64,000 bases of DNA. Source: Candidatus Omnitrophota bacterium (GTDB lineage Bacteria > Omnitrophota > Gorgyraeia > Zapsychrales > Zapsychraceae). Where the stretch lies: the NCBI GenBank assembly GCA_015233115.1, contig JADFYJ010000005.1, positions 22,359 through 86,358 on the forward strand, given 5' to 3'. Below are positions 37,321-48,691 of the stretch, one piece after another. The notes beneath the pieces were generated by a model that was not told the origin of the DNA, searched no databases, and was given only the letters and a program-made list of their open reading frames with translations. Position 1 is the first letter of the stretch, and each line of letters opens with the position of its first letter. The translations under genes and the position numbers were made by a program.

Positions 37321-37348
37321 AATAAAAAGGGGGATATATCATCCCCCA
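37321..37348 (-). terminator. Rho-independent terminator (GGGGGAT-ATATC-ATCCCCC hairpin followed by U-run on the minus strand)
   Basis: Plus strand reads AAAAAGGGGGATATATCATCCCCC, so on the minus strand the hairpin is followed by UUUUUAUUU. About 55 nt past the stop of the 37403..37795 gene. Confidence 0.6.
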
Positions 37349-37402
37349 TATCGAATCCACGCAATCTTATTAAAATTAAAAAATGAAAGACACCAAAATA
37401 AA

Positions 37403-37795
37403 CTACTTGGCTGACAGTGGCTGTTCCGGCACACCTATGTTACTCACCTTTTGCTTTTTCTCAATGTCAGCTATTCGGCCTTGTAAACTATCCTTCTGCT
37501 TTGAAACTTCATCAACCTGTTTTTTAAGGTCTGAATTCATCGCCTTGGTATCGTCCAACATTTTTTCCAGATTATTAGATTTTTTTCGAATACGTTCTAA
37601 ATCTGTCGTCATGGATGAAACACTACTCTTTACCTGCTGCAAAGATTCTTCCGCAAGCATGCGCTGATAACGTTCATCATTTAATTGTTTTTCAGCTAAC
37701 TTTTTTTGGTGATAAAATTGAAAAACAACGACAATACTCAAAATGACTATCCCACCGACTAAAGCACTCAACCTGCGTATTTTGCTATTCTCCAT
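37403..37795 (-). CDS. Coiled-coil membrane-anchored hypothetical protein
   Basis: 130 aa with an N-terminal TM helix then heptad-rich sequence. Overlaps the start of the OmpA-like gene by 11 nt. Confidence 0.35.
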   Translation of the reverse strand: MENSKIRRLSALVGGIVILSIVVVFQFYHQKKLAEKQLNDERYQRMLAEESLQQVKSSVSSMTTDLERIRKKSNNLEKMLDDTKAMNSDLKKQVDEVSKQKDSLQGRIADIEKKQKVSNIGVPEQPLSAK

Positions 37796-38396
37796 TTGCT
37801 TTTACCTTTTTAACATCTTTTGGCAAAATAACTATTTCTACCCGTCGATTTTTTTGGCGGCCGGCTTTATCATCATTGGACATGACCGGATGAAATTCAC
37901 CATAAGCAATCGCGGAAACGCGCGTTGGTTCTAAGCTTCCGTTATCAATCAAATAATGCAATACCCCTAAAGCGCGATGCGCTGATAATTCCCAGTTAGA
38001 TTTCCAACCTGAATGTTTAATCGGTTCATTATCAGTATGCCCTTCAATGCCGATTCTATAATCTTTAGCTGTCGAATTTAAAACATCCGCAACCTTAAGT
38101 AATTTATCCTTTGCGGTTTCTTTCAAATCCGCTTTTCCTGAATCAAACAAAACTTCGGCCACAAAGGTAATCGTCAACCCTTTATCCAACATTTCCACTT
38201 TAACGTCTTTATCGCCGATCTCTTTATTTAACTTATCTTCCAATTCTTTTTTAGCGCGATCCATATCAGATAATTGGGTTTGGAGTTTTGAGATCTTTTC
38301 AACGTCTACTCTGCGCCCTTTTTGAAATATAAAGGTGCAACCGCTCAGCAGACTGGCTGTGGTAATAACTAGAACGAATGGTAATAATTTTTTCAT
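37785..38396 (-). CDS. OmpA/MotB-domain peptidoglycan-binding lipoprotein (Pal-like)
   Basis: Lipobox LLSGC, then OmpA-like C-terminal domain ...GHTDNEPI...NWELSAHRALGV...RRVEIVI. Confidence 0.7.
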   Translation of the reverse strand: MKKLLPFVLVITTASLLSGCTFIFQKGRRVDVEKISKLQTQLSDMDRAKKELEDKLNKEIGDKDVKVEMLDKGLTITFVAEVLFDSGKADLKETAKDKLLKVADVLNSTAKDYRIGIEGHTDNEPIKHSGWKSNWELSAHRALGVLHYLIDNGSLEPTRVSAIAYGEFHPVMSNDDKAGRQKNRRVEIVILPKDVKKVKANGE

Positions 38397-38413
38397 AAAG
38401 CCCTCTCTGTTTT

Positions 38414-38446
38414 GTTAGCGGGCGATCAGGTGATCGCCCCTACGAC
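38414..38446. repeat. GC-rich REP-like palindrome, copy C (GTTAGCGGGCGATCAGGTGATCGCCCCTACGAC)
   Basis: Same unit as 10212-10240 and 10312-10340 with a single loop substitution (AGGT vs AGGA). Confidence 0.65.
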
Positions 38447-38552
38447 AAAATGTATATTTTATCGAATATTTTGTATTCCCAAAAGTAACATAAGCCGTTT
38501 TTAAAGTCAAGTTATTTCTACCTAAAACTATTAAAAACAATAAGATACAGCA

Positions 38553-39836
<1,284 letters not shown>

Positions 39837-39842
39837 TTAAAA

Positions 39843-39968
39843 GTATGTAGTATGTCGTATGTGGTATGTGGTTAAAAATATAAGCAAAACAAAAAAAACA
39901 ATAATTTTTATACGCTTTTTTTCATCAATCGCTTTTTGCTACATACCACATACCACATACTACATACC
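39843..39968. repeat. Heptamer inverted-repeat element (GTATGTA family) with core CATCAATCGCTTTTTGC, 5' of purA
   Basis: Arms AGTATGTAGTATGTCGTATGTGGTATGTGG and CTACATACCACATACCACATACTACATACC are reverse complements. Confidence 0.75.
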
Positions 39969-39971
39969 AAA

Positions 39972-41561
39972 TTAGATTTTTAAATATTTCACAAACAGAA
40001 TTTCTTTGGTGTTCTTTAGCTTATAGATGGTTGCGTCGGAAACTTCGCTATCGACATTGACAATACTCATAGCCAAACCACCGCGAGTCTCACGGCCAAA
40101 AGTAATTCCAGCAATGTTCACGCCTTCTTCAGCGAGCACAGTCCCGACTACACCGACCACGCCGGGACGATCATTGTTATTGATCACAATCATATCACCG
40201 TCCGGAACAGCTTCAACATAAACATTGTTCATCTTCACAATACGCGGCTGTTGATTGGCAGACAAAGTCCCGCAGATCGTAAAAGTTTCTTTATCCGTCG
40301 TAATCACCAGACTCATAAAATTAACAAACTCTTCTTCTTTTTTAGATATCACTTCTTTAACATCAATGGCACGTTCTTTGGCCATGTCTAACGCGTTAAC
40401 AAAATTAACCGTATCACCTAAGATCGGCGTTAAAAGACCATTAACTAATGACAAAGTCAAAGGCGCCACCTTATGGTTAGTCATAATCCCATTGTAAGTC
40501 ACTTCAATCCCTTTGATCGCCCCATTGACTAATAGTCCGGCAAATTTTCCCGTGCGGAACGCGAGGTTAATATAAGGATTTAATACTTTTTGACTCTCTG
40601 CGTCAACAGTTGGAAAATTAGCCGCGTTCATGATTCCCCGTCCTAACAACGCGTTCTTCATGGTCTCGGCTATTTCAATCGCTACGTTAATCTGGGCTTC
40701 ATTGGTTGATGCACCCAAATGCGGCGTGGTGATGCAATTATCGAACTTGAATAACGCGGAATTAAAATCCGGCGGTTCCTGATCAAAAACATCGAGAGCA
40801 CATCCCGCGATCCGCTTCTGTTCTAACGCGCGGACTAAAGCCTCTTCATTCACAATCCCGCCACGCGCGCAATTAATAACAAACGCGCTTTTTTTCATCA
40901 GCCCTAATTCCCGGTCGCCGATCAAATCAGTCGTTTCCGGACTTTTGGGAATATGAATCGTCACATAATCAGCCCGTTTCAAAATATCGTCGAGCGTAGC
41001 CCTTTCCAATCCCCGCTGTTCAAAAACTTCCGCGGGTAAAAACGGATCAAATCCAATGACTTGCATGCCAAACGTTTTCGCAAATTTTGCTACCGTTGAA
41101 CCAATGCGGCCCAGCCCAATGATTCCAATGGTCTTGCCGTAAAGTTCAACCCCTTTAAATTTATTTCTTTCCCACTGCAACTTTTTCATAGACGCGCAAG
41201 CTTGAGGGATACTGCGGGAAATCGCCATGATCAAACCCCAGGTCTGCTCTGCTGTCGACGTCGTATTTCCTGCCGGAGTGTTCAATGCCACCACCCCTTT
41301 TTTAGTCGCTGCAGGTAAGTCCACGTTATCGAGCCCAACGCCGGCACGGCCGATGAATTTCAAACGATCCGCTGCCTCAATAATATCCGCCTTAAGCTTG
41401 GTCGCGCTGCGCACAATGATCGCGTCATAATTTTTAATGACCGCCTTCAATTCATCCGGCTTCATCTCATTTTTGACGTCGACATCAAATTCCGGCACAG
41501 CTTTGAGGATCTCGATTCCTTCTTTGGACAGGTTGTCAGTGATTAAAATTTTCTTGTTCAT
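39972..41561 (-). CDS. serA: D-3-phosphoglycerate dehydrogenase (with C-terminal ASB/ACT regulatory domains)
   Basis: 529-aa ORF with NAD site GIIGLGRIGSTVA, catalytic R/H/E blocks and an ACT domain. Confidence 0.9.
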   Translation of the reverse strand: MNKKILITDNLSKEGIEILKAVPEFDVDVKNEMKPDELKAVIKNYDAIIVRSATKLKADIIEAADRLKFIGRAGVGLDNVDLPAATKKGVVALNTPAGNTTSTAEQTWGLIMAISRSIPQACASMKKLQWERNKFKGVELYGKTIGIIGLGRIGSTVAKFAKTFGMQVIGFDPFLPAEVFEQRGLERATLDDILKRADYVTIHIPKSPETTDLIGDRELGLMKKSAFVINCARGGIVNEEALVRALEQKRIAGCALDVFDQEPPDFNSALFKFDNCITTPHLGASTNEAQINVAIEIAETMKNALLGRGIMNAANFPTVDAESQKVLNPYINLAFRTGKFAGLLVNGAIKGIEVTYNGIMTNHKVAPLTLSLVNGLLTPILGDTVNFVNALDMAKERAIDVKEVISKKEEEFVNFMSLVITTDKETFTICGTLSANQQPRIVKMNNVYVEAVPDGDMIVINNNDRPGVVGVVGTVLAEEGVNIAGITFGRETRGGLAMSIVNVDSEVSDATIYKLKNTKEILFVKYLKI

Positions 41562-41656
41562 TACAACACCTTTCTGCTTTCGGTCTGATTCCTGAAAGAA
41601 CCAGTACCAAGACTGATCTCCTGAAAGAGATCATGTCAGTTTGTGACTTGCTTAAA

Positions 41657-41863
41657 AGTATGTGGTACGTAGTATGTCGTATGTAGTAAAAACAATAAAC
41701 GAGCAATAAAAAAATTAACAAAACCGATAAATTAATAAAATGTCATCTTCTCAATTTTACTGGGAAAATTTTAAAATCTAATTATGTTTATAATCTTTGT
41801 TATTTATTTTATTATTCATCAATCGTTTTTCTCTACATACAACATACCACATACTACATACGC
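41657..41863. repeat. Heptamer inverted-repeat element (GTATGTA family) with core CATCAATCGTTTTTC and ~120-nt AT-rich loop, 5' of serA
   Basis: GTATGTGGTACGTAGTATGTCGTATGTAGTAAAAACAAT ... CATCAATCGTTTTTCTCTACATACAACATACCACATACTACATAC. Confidence 0.75.
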
Positions 41864-41877
41864 CTTATGATTAGCAC

Positions 41878-43023
41878 TTATTCATTATAGATTTTCTGTG
41901 CCGCCGTTAATCCTGCGCCTAATTCAAATTTATGGCCGAATTGTTTCAAGACTTTTTCAAAACATCCGATTCCAACCAGCATATCAAATTCATCAACCGC
42001 GCCCATATGGGAAATACGGATGATTTTATTTTCCACATCCCCCTGGCCGGCTGCGACAGAAACGCCATAAACATCGCGCATGGCTTTGACCACTTTTTTC
42101 GCCTCAATACCGTCAGGAAGTAAAATCGGGGTTAATGCCGTTGAAATACAATAGTCTTCAGCGAATAATTTCAAATTCATGGCTTTCGCGGCCGCACGCA
42201 CGCCTTTAGCCAAACGGCTAAAACGGGCAATCATATTGTCCAAACCCTCGGCACGCATTTTCCGTAAACTATCAACCATCGCTACAATGATATTGATCGC
42301 CGGAGTAAAAGGCGTATCTGTCTTGCCATACGCTTTTTCATATTTCCGCAAATCAAAGTAATAGCGCGGAGAAGTGCAAGCGTTAATAACTTTCATGGCT
42401 TTTTCACTGACCGCCACCATGCCCAAACCAGGAGGAAGCATAAAACCTTTATGCGCCCCGGCAACGCAAACATCTACATTCCAGTCATCCATTTTAAAAT
42501 CTACAACGCCTAAACCACTGATGGCATCGACGACTAAAAGTGTATTCGTTCCTTTAACCGCTTCACCCAAAGCTTTGATATCTGCCGTCACACCGGTTGA
42601 AGTTTCATTTAGCGTCGCGAACACAACTTTAATGGAAGGGTCCTCATCCAGCATCTTCTTGATCAGTTTCGCGTCAACCGCCGTGCCCCATTTAACAGGT
42701 ACGACTTTGGATTCAGCGCCGTAAACCTTACATAATTCTGTCCAGCGTTCGCCGAATTTCCCGCCTTCAATGGTAATAACCTTATCCCCTTTATTAACCA
42801 CATTCGCGACCGCAGCTTCCATGGTGCCGGTTCCTGAACTGGCTAAAAGGTACACATGATTTTTTGTCTGAAAAATATACTGCAGACCTTCGCCCACTTC
42901 TTTTAAATACTGTTGAAACTGGGGCGTACGGTGATGAATAATCGGTTTGCCTAATGCCGCGCATAAATCCGGCGGAATATGTGTTGGCCCGGGAGTCAAT
43001 AACAAATTTCTATCCATGTCCAA
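41878..43023 (-). CDS. Class-V PLP-dependent aminotransferase (serine-pyruvate / phosphoserine aminotransferase family)
   Basis: 381-aa ORF with lysine-aldimine region ...DVCVAGAHKGFMLPPGLGM. Its position next to serA suggests a serine-pathway role. Confidence 0.7.
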   Translation of the reverse strand: MDMDRNLLLTPGPTHIPPDLCAALGKPIIHHRTPQFQQYLKEVGEGLQYIFQTKNHVYLLASSGTGTMEAAVANVVNKGDKVITIEGGKFGERWTELCKVYGAESKVVPVKWGTAVDAKLIKKMLDEDPSIKVVFATLNETSTGVTADIKALGEAVKGTNTLLVVDAISGLGVVDFKMDDWNVDVCVAGAHKGFMLPPGLGMVAVSEKAMKVINACTSPRYYFDLRKYEKAYGKTDTPFTPAINIIVAMVDSLRKMRAEGLDNMIARFSRLAKGVRAAAKAMNLKLFAEDYCISTALTPILLPDGIEAKKVVKAMRDVYGVSVAAGQGDVENKIIRISHMGAVDEFDMLVGIGCFEKVLKQFGHKFELGAGLTAAQKIYNE

Positions 43024-43030
43024 AACCTTT

Positions 43031-43636
43031 CTATTTATTTTTCAGTGTCACCACTACTTCATCGACCAAACCATAGTCTTTTGATTCCTGCGCGGACATA
43101 AAAAAATCGCGGTCAGAATCGGCTTCGATCTTTGACAGTTGTTGACCTGTATGTTTGACTAAAATATTGTTCAACTCTTCCTTCATGCGGAGGATCTCTT
43201 TGGCCTGAATCGAAATATCGCTGGCTGAGCCCTGCGCGCCGCCCCAGGGCTGGTGAATCATGATCCGGGAATTCGGCAAAGCAAACCGTTTACCTTTGGT
43301 ACCCGCGCACAACAGGATCGAACCCATGCTGGCGGCCTGGCCAAGGCAATACGTATTAATATCAGGTTTAACAAACTGCATAGTGTCGTAAATCGCCAGC
43401 CCCGCCGTCACAGAACCGCCAGGAGAATTGACATAAACATGAATGTCCTTTGCCGCGTCTTCACTCTGCAAAAATAATAATTGGGCAATAATTAGATTCG
43501 CCACATTGTCATCAATAGCGGTACCAATAAAAATAATCCGATCTTTTAACAACCGGGAATAGATGTCATAAGCGCGTTCACCATGACTGGATTTCTCAAT
43601 AACCATTGGAACTAAAACCTGGTTTTTTATATCCAT
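43031..43636 (-). CDS. clpP: ATP-dependent Clp protease proteolytic subunit
   Basis: 201-aa ORF: GQAASMGS (Ser), IMIHQP (His), and Asp downstream. Confidence 0.9.
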   Translation of the reverse strand: MDIKNQVLVPMVIEKSSHGERAYDIYSRLLKDRIIFIGTAIDDNVANLIIAQLLFLQSEDAAKDIHVYVNSPGGSVTAGLAIYDTMQFVKPDINTYCLGQAASMGSILLCAGTKGKRFALPNSRIMIHQPWGGAQGSASDISIQAKEILRMKEELNNILVKHTGQQLSKIEADSDRDFFMSAQESKDYGLVDEVVVTLKNK

Positions 43637-43637
43637 G

Positions 43638-44540
43638 TTATTTAGCCTCCTCCCATTTAGCTTCTTTTAATAAAAATTCCACGACTTTCGCCGGAAGATT
43701 TTCCCCCTGCTTCACTTCAATTTTTTCTTCTTCCGCGATTTTTTCCAAGGTTAAATAAACCCGGATATCCTTCTCAACCGCTGATTTTAAATCATTGAGG
43801 ACATCTTCCTCTTTCTTCTTTATATCCGTATCAGACATCCCTTGTTTCTTAAGCCGTTCTTTGACTTCCGCGGCTCTGCGTTCTACTTGTTTCTTCACTA
43901 ATCCTTGAGGAACAACTAATTTAGCTTTCTTCATGACCGCTTCAATCACCTGATTCTCAAGATCAGTGCGGCTTTGACGTTCTTTATCCAATTCCAATTG
44001 ACGGCGCAAGGATTTTTTAAGTTCTTCCAAATTAGGAAAACCTAAACCATTCGCGAAACTATCGTCAAATACGACTTCTTCTTTTTCTTTGCCTTGCCCC
44101 TGTTTAAAATATTCCAGGGTTTTCTGAATATCTTCATCGCTCACCTGCGCGCTTTTGCGCGTGACTTTCACGCCCTTATAATCTTTGACTGTCACCTCAG
44201 GACGGATGTCTAATGAGGCTTTAAACGATATTTTCCCGTCGTTAAAAGCGACATCTTCAATGTCCGGCATATCAATCGGGATGAGCTTTTCATTTTCAAT
44301 GGCTTCCTGATATACTTCCGGAATCAGTTTTTTTAAAACTTCTTCTTTAGCGAGATTGCCATATTGCGATTCCAAAATATTGCGCGGCGCTTTTCCCTGA
44401 CGAAAACCCTTGATCTTCGCGGCTTTAGCCAGGTCGTCATAAATTTCCTGCATTTTTTTCGCGACCCGTTCTTTGGAAATTTCGAAATTCAATTCACGTC
44501 TAGTTGGGTCTACTTTTTTAACTTCAACTTTCATTAACAA
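43638..44540 (-). CDS. tig: Trigger factor, short form lacking the FKBP/PPIase domain (N-terminal ribosome-binding plus C-terminal chaperone arm only)
   Basis: 300 aa with the TF signature [13 protein letters not shown] in the N-domain. No FKBP-like block. Immediately upstream of clpP as in the tig-clpP arrangement. Confidence 0.7.
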   Translation of the reverse strand: MLMKVEVKKVDPTRRELNFEISKERVAKKMQEIYDDLAKAAKIKGFRQGKAPRNILESQYGNLAKEEVLKKLIPEVYQEAIENEKLIPIDMPDIEDVAFNDGKISFKASLDIRPEVTVKDYKGVKVTRKSAQVSDEDIQKTLEYFKQGQGKEKEEVVFDDSFANGLGFPNLEELKKSLRRQLELDKERQSRTDLENQVIEAVMKKAKLVVPQGLVKKQVERRAAEVKERLKKQGMSDTDIKKKEEDVLNDLKSAVEKDIRVYLTLEKIAEEEKIEVKQGENLPAKVVEFLLKEAKWEEAK

Positions 44541-44558
44541 AATCCTTCCATTTTTTAG

Positions 44559-45287
44559 TTACATTCTAAATTTTTCACCTAAATAAATTTTTCTTGCTTC
44601 CGGATCATTAATCAATTCTTCGGCTGTACCGGATATCAAAACTTTTCCCTCTGCGATCAAATACGCCCGGTCCGTGATGGCTAAAGTTTCTCTTACATTA
44701 TGATCTGTTAACAAAATCCCCAACCCTTTATTCTTTAACTCTTTAATAATCTCTTGCGCCTCTGCGACGACAATAGGGTCGATTCCGGAAAACGGCTCAT
44801 CCAGCAATAAAAATGATGGATTCGTCACCAAGGCGCGGGTAATTTCCAAACGCCGCCGCTCACCACCGGAGAGCGTGAAAGCTTTACTCTTGGCTAGATG
44901 CGCGATATTCAATTCTTCCAGCAAAGACTGCAGTCTGCGTTTGCGTTCTTTAGGACCAATATCCAAAGTTTCCAAAATCGCCATGATATTTTCTTCCACA
45001 GTCAATTTACGGAAAATAGAAGATTCTTGGGCCAAATAACCCATTCCCAGACGGCAACGATCATGAATTGATTTCCGGGTAATATCTTCATTATCAAAAA
45101 ATATCTGGCCATCATTCGGTTTAATAATACCCACAGCCATGTAAAAAGTTGTGGTCTTTCCTGCCCCATTAGGCCCTAAAAGCCCCACAATTTCCGACCG
45201 GCCCACTGTGATGCTGAGGCCATCAACAACTTTCCGGCTTCCGTATTCCTTGCACAGTCCCCTAGTTTCCAAAAGGTGTAAGGCCAT
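44559..45287 (-). CDS. lptB: LPS export ABC transporter ATP-binding protein LptB
   Basis: GPNGAGKTTTF Walker A and LSGGERRRLEITRAL signature. Start taken at the second Met (MALHLLETRGL...). Confidence 0.8.
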   Translation of the reverse strand: MALHLLETRGLCKEYGSRKVVDGLSITVGRSEIVGLLGPNGAGKTTTFYMAVGIIKPNDGQIFFDNEDITRKSIHDRCRLGMGYLAQESSIFRKLTVEENIMAILETLDIGPKERKRRLQSLLEELNIAHLAKSKAFTLSGGERRRLEITRALVTNPSFLLLDEPFSGIDPIVVAEAQEIIKELKNKGLGILLTDHNVRETLAITDRAYLIAEGKVLISGTAEELINDPEARKIYLGEKFRM

Positions 45288-46131
45288 TAGTCCCCTCAGT
45301 CTCAAATATCAGTTTTGGTTTTCCAGACAACGTGATTTTTTGTGTACCAGCGTCGTAAACCGCTTTTTCCGCAAAGGTTTGATTCTCTCCTTGAGTGATC
45401 ACCACGTTACCTTCACAAACTAATTGCTTAATTTTTTTTTCTTCCTTATTGAAATAAACTTTCATAATATCCGAACGCAAAGTCTGCGTATCCCGGACAG
45501 CTTTGACATTATCATGAAAAACAGCAATCATATCCGCCTGATCTAATTCCATTGGCCCATCACTGGTGATCGTGACAATTTGTTTATTTTTTTCATTTGG
45601 CGCCGTAGCCACCCGAGCTGTCACATCTTTTTTAATTTCCGCTGTTTTTTCTTTAGTATGCGCTTCCATGCCAGTGCCGGTTACAGTCATCTGATTCCCG
45701 GTAAAAGCCACATCATCCTTGGTCTGAACCACATCTTTATTGCGGTCCCATTCCAAAGAATTGGTCATCATCTGCTGTCCATCCTGAGCTGTAATCACCA
45801 CATCTTTTTCCAAACGCATTTTGTTTTGCGTTTGATCTATATATCCGGTTTCTGCCGTGACATTAACTTTATTTTCGCCAAAGGTGTTGGCATCAACATT
45901 CTGAACTTTAATCTCATTGCCGACAATATCCGCTTTATCGCCTTTCACATCCCATTGCTTCTCTCCGGTATTAGAATATCCTTGCAAATTAAATCCCTGA
46001 AGCTGCTGTTGCGGTTGCGGCTGTCCAGATTTTTTAGTCGGAATAATCTCCGGTGCCTGTTCCTGCGCCCATCCGATATAAGAAATAAAAACTAAAATTA
46101 ACGCGCATAATACAGATCGGAAAATTTTCAT
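45262..46131 (-). CDS. LptA/LptC-family (OstA-like) periplasmic LPS-transport protein
   Basis: Signal/anchor MKIFRSVLCALILVFISYIGWA, then beta-jellyroll-like repeats. Located between kdsC and lptB as in kdsC-lptC-lptA-lptB clusters. Confidence 0.55.
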   Translation of the reverse strand: MKIFRSVLCALILVFISYIGWAQEQAPEIIPTKKSGQPQPQQQLQGFNLQGYSNTGEKQWDVKGDKADIVGNEIKVQNVDANTFGENKVNVTAETGYIDQTQNKMRLEKDVVITAQDGQQMMTNSLEWDRNKDVVQTKDDVAFTGNQMTVTGTGMEAHTKEKTAEIKKDVTARVATAPNEKNKQIVTITSDGPMELDQADMIAVFHDNVKAVRDTQTLRSDIMKVYFNKEEKKIKQLVCEGNVVITQGENQTFAEKAVYDAGTQKITLSGKPKLIFETEGTNGLTPFGN

Positions 46132-46667
46132 ACAAAAGTCTCCAGCACGGTTTTCCACCGGCTCTGTGTTTTCAATATTAACTCCACAACTTCGCGAACT
46201 GCGCCATTTCCGCCCGATTTTTTAGTGACATAATGCGCATATTGTTTAGCATCCGAGGAAGCATTGGCCACAGCCACCGCGAACCCGGCTTGTTTTAAAA
46301 CCGGAATATCCGGCAAATCGTCGCCGACAAAACACACTTCGTCTGGAGAAACATTGAAATTTTTCAAAAGATCCCCAAACGCGGCCGACTTAGGATACGC
46401 ATCTTGATACACTTTGTCAATTTTTAAATCAAGAGCCCGCGCTGCCACACAACCGGATGAACGCGCGGTAATAATCGCCGTTTTAAGGCCGGCTTTACGC
46501 AAAACCGCAATACCCAAGCCGTCCTGAACATTAAACATTTTAATCTCCTGGCCCTTCTCATCCAAATTAATAGAGCCGTTCGTCATAACCCCATCAACAT
46601 CAAAGGCAATGACCTTGATCTTCATGATGCGTTGTTTTAAATTTTTTGTCATATGAATTAATTTCAT
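46128..46667 (-). CDS. kdsC: 3-deoxy-D-manno-octulosonate 8-phosphate phosphatase (HAD family)
   Basis: FDVDGVMTNG (DxDG HAD motif I) and GDDLPD motif IV. Start codon is uncertain (three in-frame Met). Confidence 0.75.
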   Translation of the reverse strand: MKLIHMTKNLKQRIMKIKVIAFDVDGVMTNGSINLDEKGQEIKMFNVQDGLGIAVLRKAGLKTAIITARSSGCVAARALDLKIDKVYQDAYPKSAAFGDLLKNFNVSPDEVCFVGDDLPDIPVLKQAGFAVAVANASSDAKQYAHYVTKKSGGNGAVREVVELILKTQSRWKTVLETFV

Positions 46668-46850
46668 TAAAGAAAATAGACGATAGATAATAGAAGATAG
46701 AAAAACATCGATTAATTTTTAAATAGACAAGACAGCAAACACAGTGCCGCAAAACACAATAAATCTTCGAATATTTTCATCTCTATCGTTGTTATTCTTT
46801 CTTTTTCTATTTTCTATTCTCTATTCTCTCCCATCTATCTTCTAATTTGT
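46668..46850. repeat. Heptamer inverted-repeat element (AGATAGA / TCTATYC family), 5' of kdsC
   Basis: AGAAAATAGACGATAGATAATAGAAGATAGAAAAA ... TTTCTATTTTCTATTCTCTATTCTCTCCCATCTATCTTCT. Confidence 0.65.
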
Positions 46851-47807
46851 TTAAACTAAACCTGCCCTTAAAAGATCCTGCACATCCAACAAACCGACTA
46901 ATTTTCCTTTTTTATCTATAACCGGCAATTCGTCAATTTTACGGCCTTCCAGCACCAGCAATGATTCAGCAGCTAATTGTTCGGCCTTAATCACGGTCGG
47001 ATTTTTTGTCATCACATTCTTAACCGGTTTGCTTAGCAAATTCACGTCCAATTCTAAATGACGGCGTAAATCTCCGTCCGTGAATATTCCGACAAATTTC
47101 CCTTTTGCATTAACCACACACGCGGATCCGCACCGGGCCTGAGTAATGGCGTATAAAACATCCTTGACTGCCATGGTTTCTTTGACTTTGGCATAATGCT
47201 CACCCGACCGCATAATATCGCTGACCCGCAATAATAATTTCCGGCCTAAAGAACCGCCGGGATGAAAAAACGCAAAATCTTCCCGTTTAAATTGCCGGCG
47301 CGAAATTAAACATGATGCTAACGCGTCGCCCATCACTAACGTCGCGGTGGTAGATGCCATCGGCGCTAAACCTAAAGGACAACCTTCTTTTTCAACAGAC
47401 ACATCCAACACGATATCGCTGTGCTTAGCTAAAGACGATTTAACATTCCCAGTGATAGCAATGGTTTTAGCCTTGATCCGTTTCAAAAGTGGCAATAAAC
47501 GCACGGTCTCTTCTGTTTCACCGCTAGAGGAGATCAGAAGAATCACATCGTCTTTTGTCACTTGCCCTAAATCACCATGCGCGGCTTCCGCGCTATGCAT
47601 AAAAATACTCGGCGTTCCAGTTGAGGAAAACGTTGCAGAAATCTTACGGCCCACAATTCCAGTCTTCCCCATACCCGAGACGATCACCCGGCCTTTGCAT
47701 TTTAAAATCACTTCAATGGCGAGCAAGAAATTATCATTTAATTTCTTGGCTAAATTTTGAATCGCCTTGGCTTCAGTATGTATTAAATCTTTGGCAGTCT
47801 TCAGCAA
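46851..47807 (-). CDS. kdsD: Arabinose-5-phosphate isomerase (SIS plus tandem CBS), KdsD/KpsF
   Basis: 318-aa ORF with SIS domain VSGMGKTGIVGRKISATFSSTGTPS and C-terminal CBS pair. Confidence 0.8.
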   Translation of the reverse strand: MLKTAKDLIHTEAKAIQNLAKKLNDNFLLAIEVILKCKGRVIVSGMGKTGIVGRKISATFSSTGTPSIFMHSAEAAHGDLGQVTKDDVILLISSSGETEETVRLLPLLKRIKAKTIAITGNVKSSLAKHSDIVLDVSVEKEGCPLGLAPMASTTATLVMGDALASCLISRRQFKREDFAFFHPGGSLGRKLLLRVSDIMRSGEHYAKVKETMAVKDVLYAITQARCGSACVVNAKGKFVGIFTDGDLRRHLELDVNLLSKPVKNVMTKNPTVIKAEQLAAESLLVLEGRKIDELPVIDKKGKLVGLLDVQDLLRAGLV

Positions 47808-47821
47808 AATTTGCTCTTTTC

Positions 47822-48649
47822 TTAAACTTTATTTTTAATAACACTATCTAATTTTTTCAATTGTGTTAAAAATTTTTCAACCTGACTTAACGCAATCATA
47901 TTCGGCCCGTCTGAAAGGGCTTTTTCCGGATTCGGATGGACTTCTAAAAATATCCCCGCGCATCCTGCCGCAACAGCACAACGCGCCAAAAGCGGAATAA
48001 ATTCCCGGCACCCGCCTGAAGCATGACCTAACCCTCCCGGCTGTTGCACACTATGCGTCGCGTCAAATACGACCGGATATCCTGTCTCTGCCATAATTGC
48101 CAAAGACCGGAAATCACTCACTAAATTTCCATAACCAAACGATACACCTCGTTCAGTCAAAATAATTTTTTTATTTCCTGTGCTTTCCACTTTACGGATT
48201 AATTGCCCCATATTGTGCGGATCTAAAAATTGCCCTTTTTTAATATTAACAGCTTTCCCGGTACGCCCGGCTTCAACGACCAGATCTGTCTGCCGGCACA
48301 AAAACGCCGGGATCTGGAGGATATCCGCGACTTTAGCCGACTCAGCGACCTCTTCAACAGAATGCACATCCGTTAAAATCGGTAAGCCTAAAGTCTCTTT
48401 AACCTCTTTAAGAATGGCTAACCCTTTTTGCAAACCAGGCCCACGGAACGAATCAATCGACGTACGGTTCGCTTTATCATAACTCGCCTTAAAAATAAAC
48501 GGCACTTTCAAACGGGTCGTGATTGCCTTTAACTGCTTAGCCACCTTCAAAACCAAACCCCTGCTCTCGATCACACAAGGCCCCGCAATCAACACGATCG
48601 GTAAGCGGTTTGAAAATTTAACATTTTTAACTGATATTATTTTTTGCAT
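47822..48649 (-). CDS. kdsA: 3-deoxy-8-phosphooctulonate synthase
   Basis: 275-aa ORF with DAHP-synthase-like TIM-barrel blocks (...FKASYDKANRTS..., ...CRQTDL...). Confidence 0.9.
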   Translation of the reverse strand: MQKIISVKNVKFSNRLPIVLIAGPCVIESRGLVLKVAKQLKAITTRLKVPFIFKASYDKANRTSIDSFRGPGLQKGLAILKEVKETLGLPILTDVHSVEEVAESAKVADILQIPAFLCRQTDLVVEAGRTGKAVNIKKGQFLDPHNMGQLIRKVESTGNKKIILTERGVSFGYGNLVSDFRSLAIMAETGYPVVFDATHSVQQPGGLGHASGGCREFIPLLARCAVAAGCAGIFLEVHPNPEKALSDGPNMIALSQVEKFLTQLKKLDSVIKNKV

Positions 48650-48691
48650 TTTATTATCTCTATCAATTTAATCCCGTGATCGCGCGCGATT

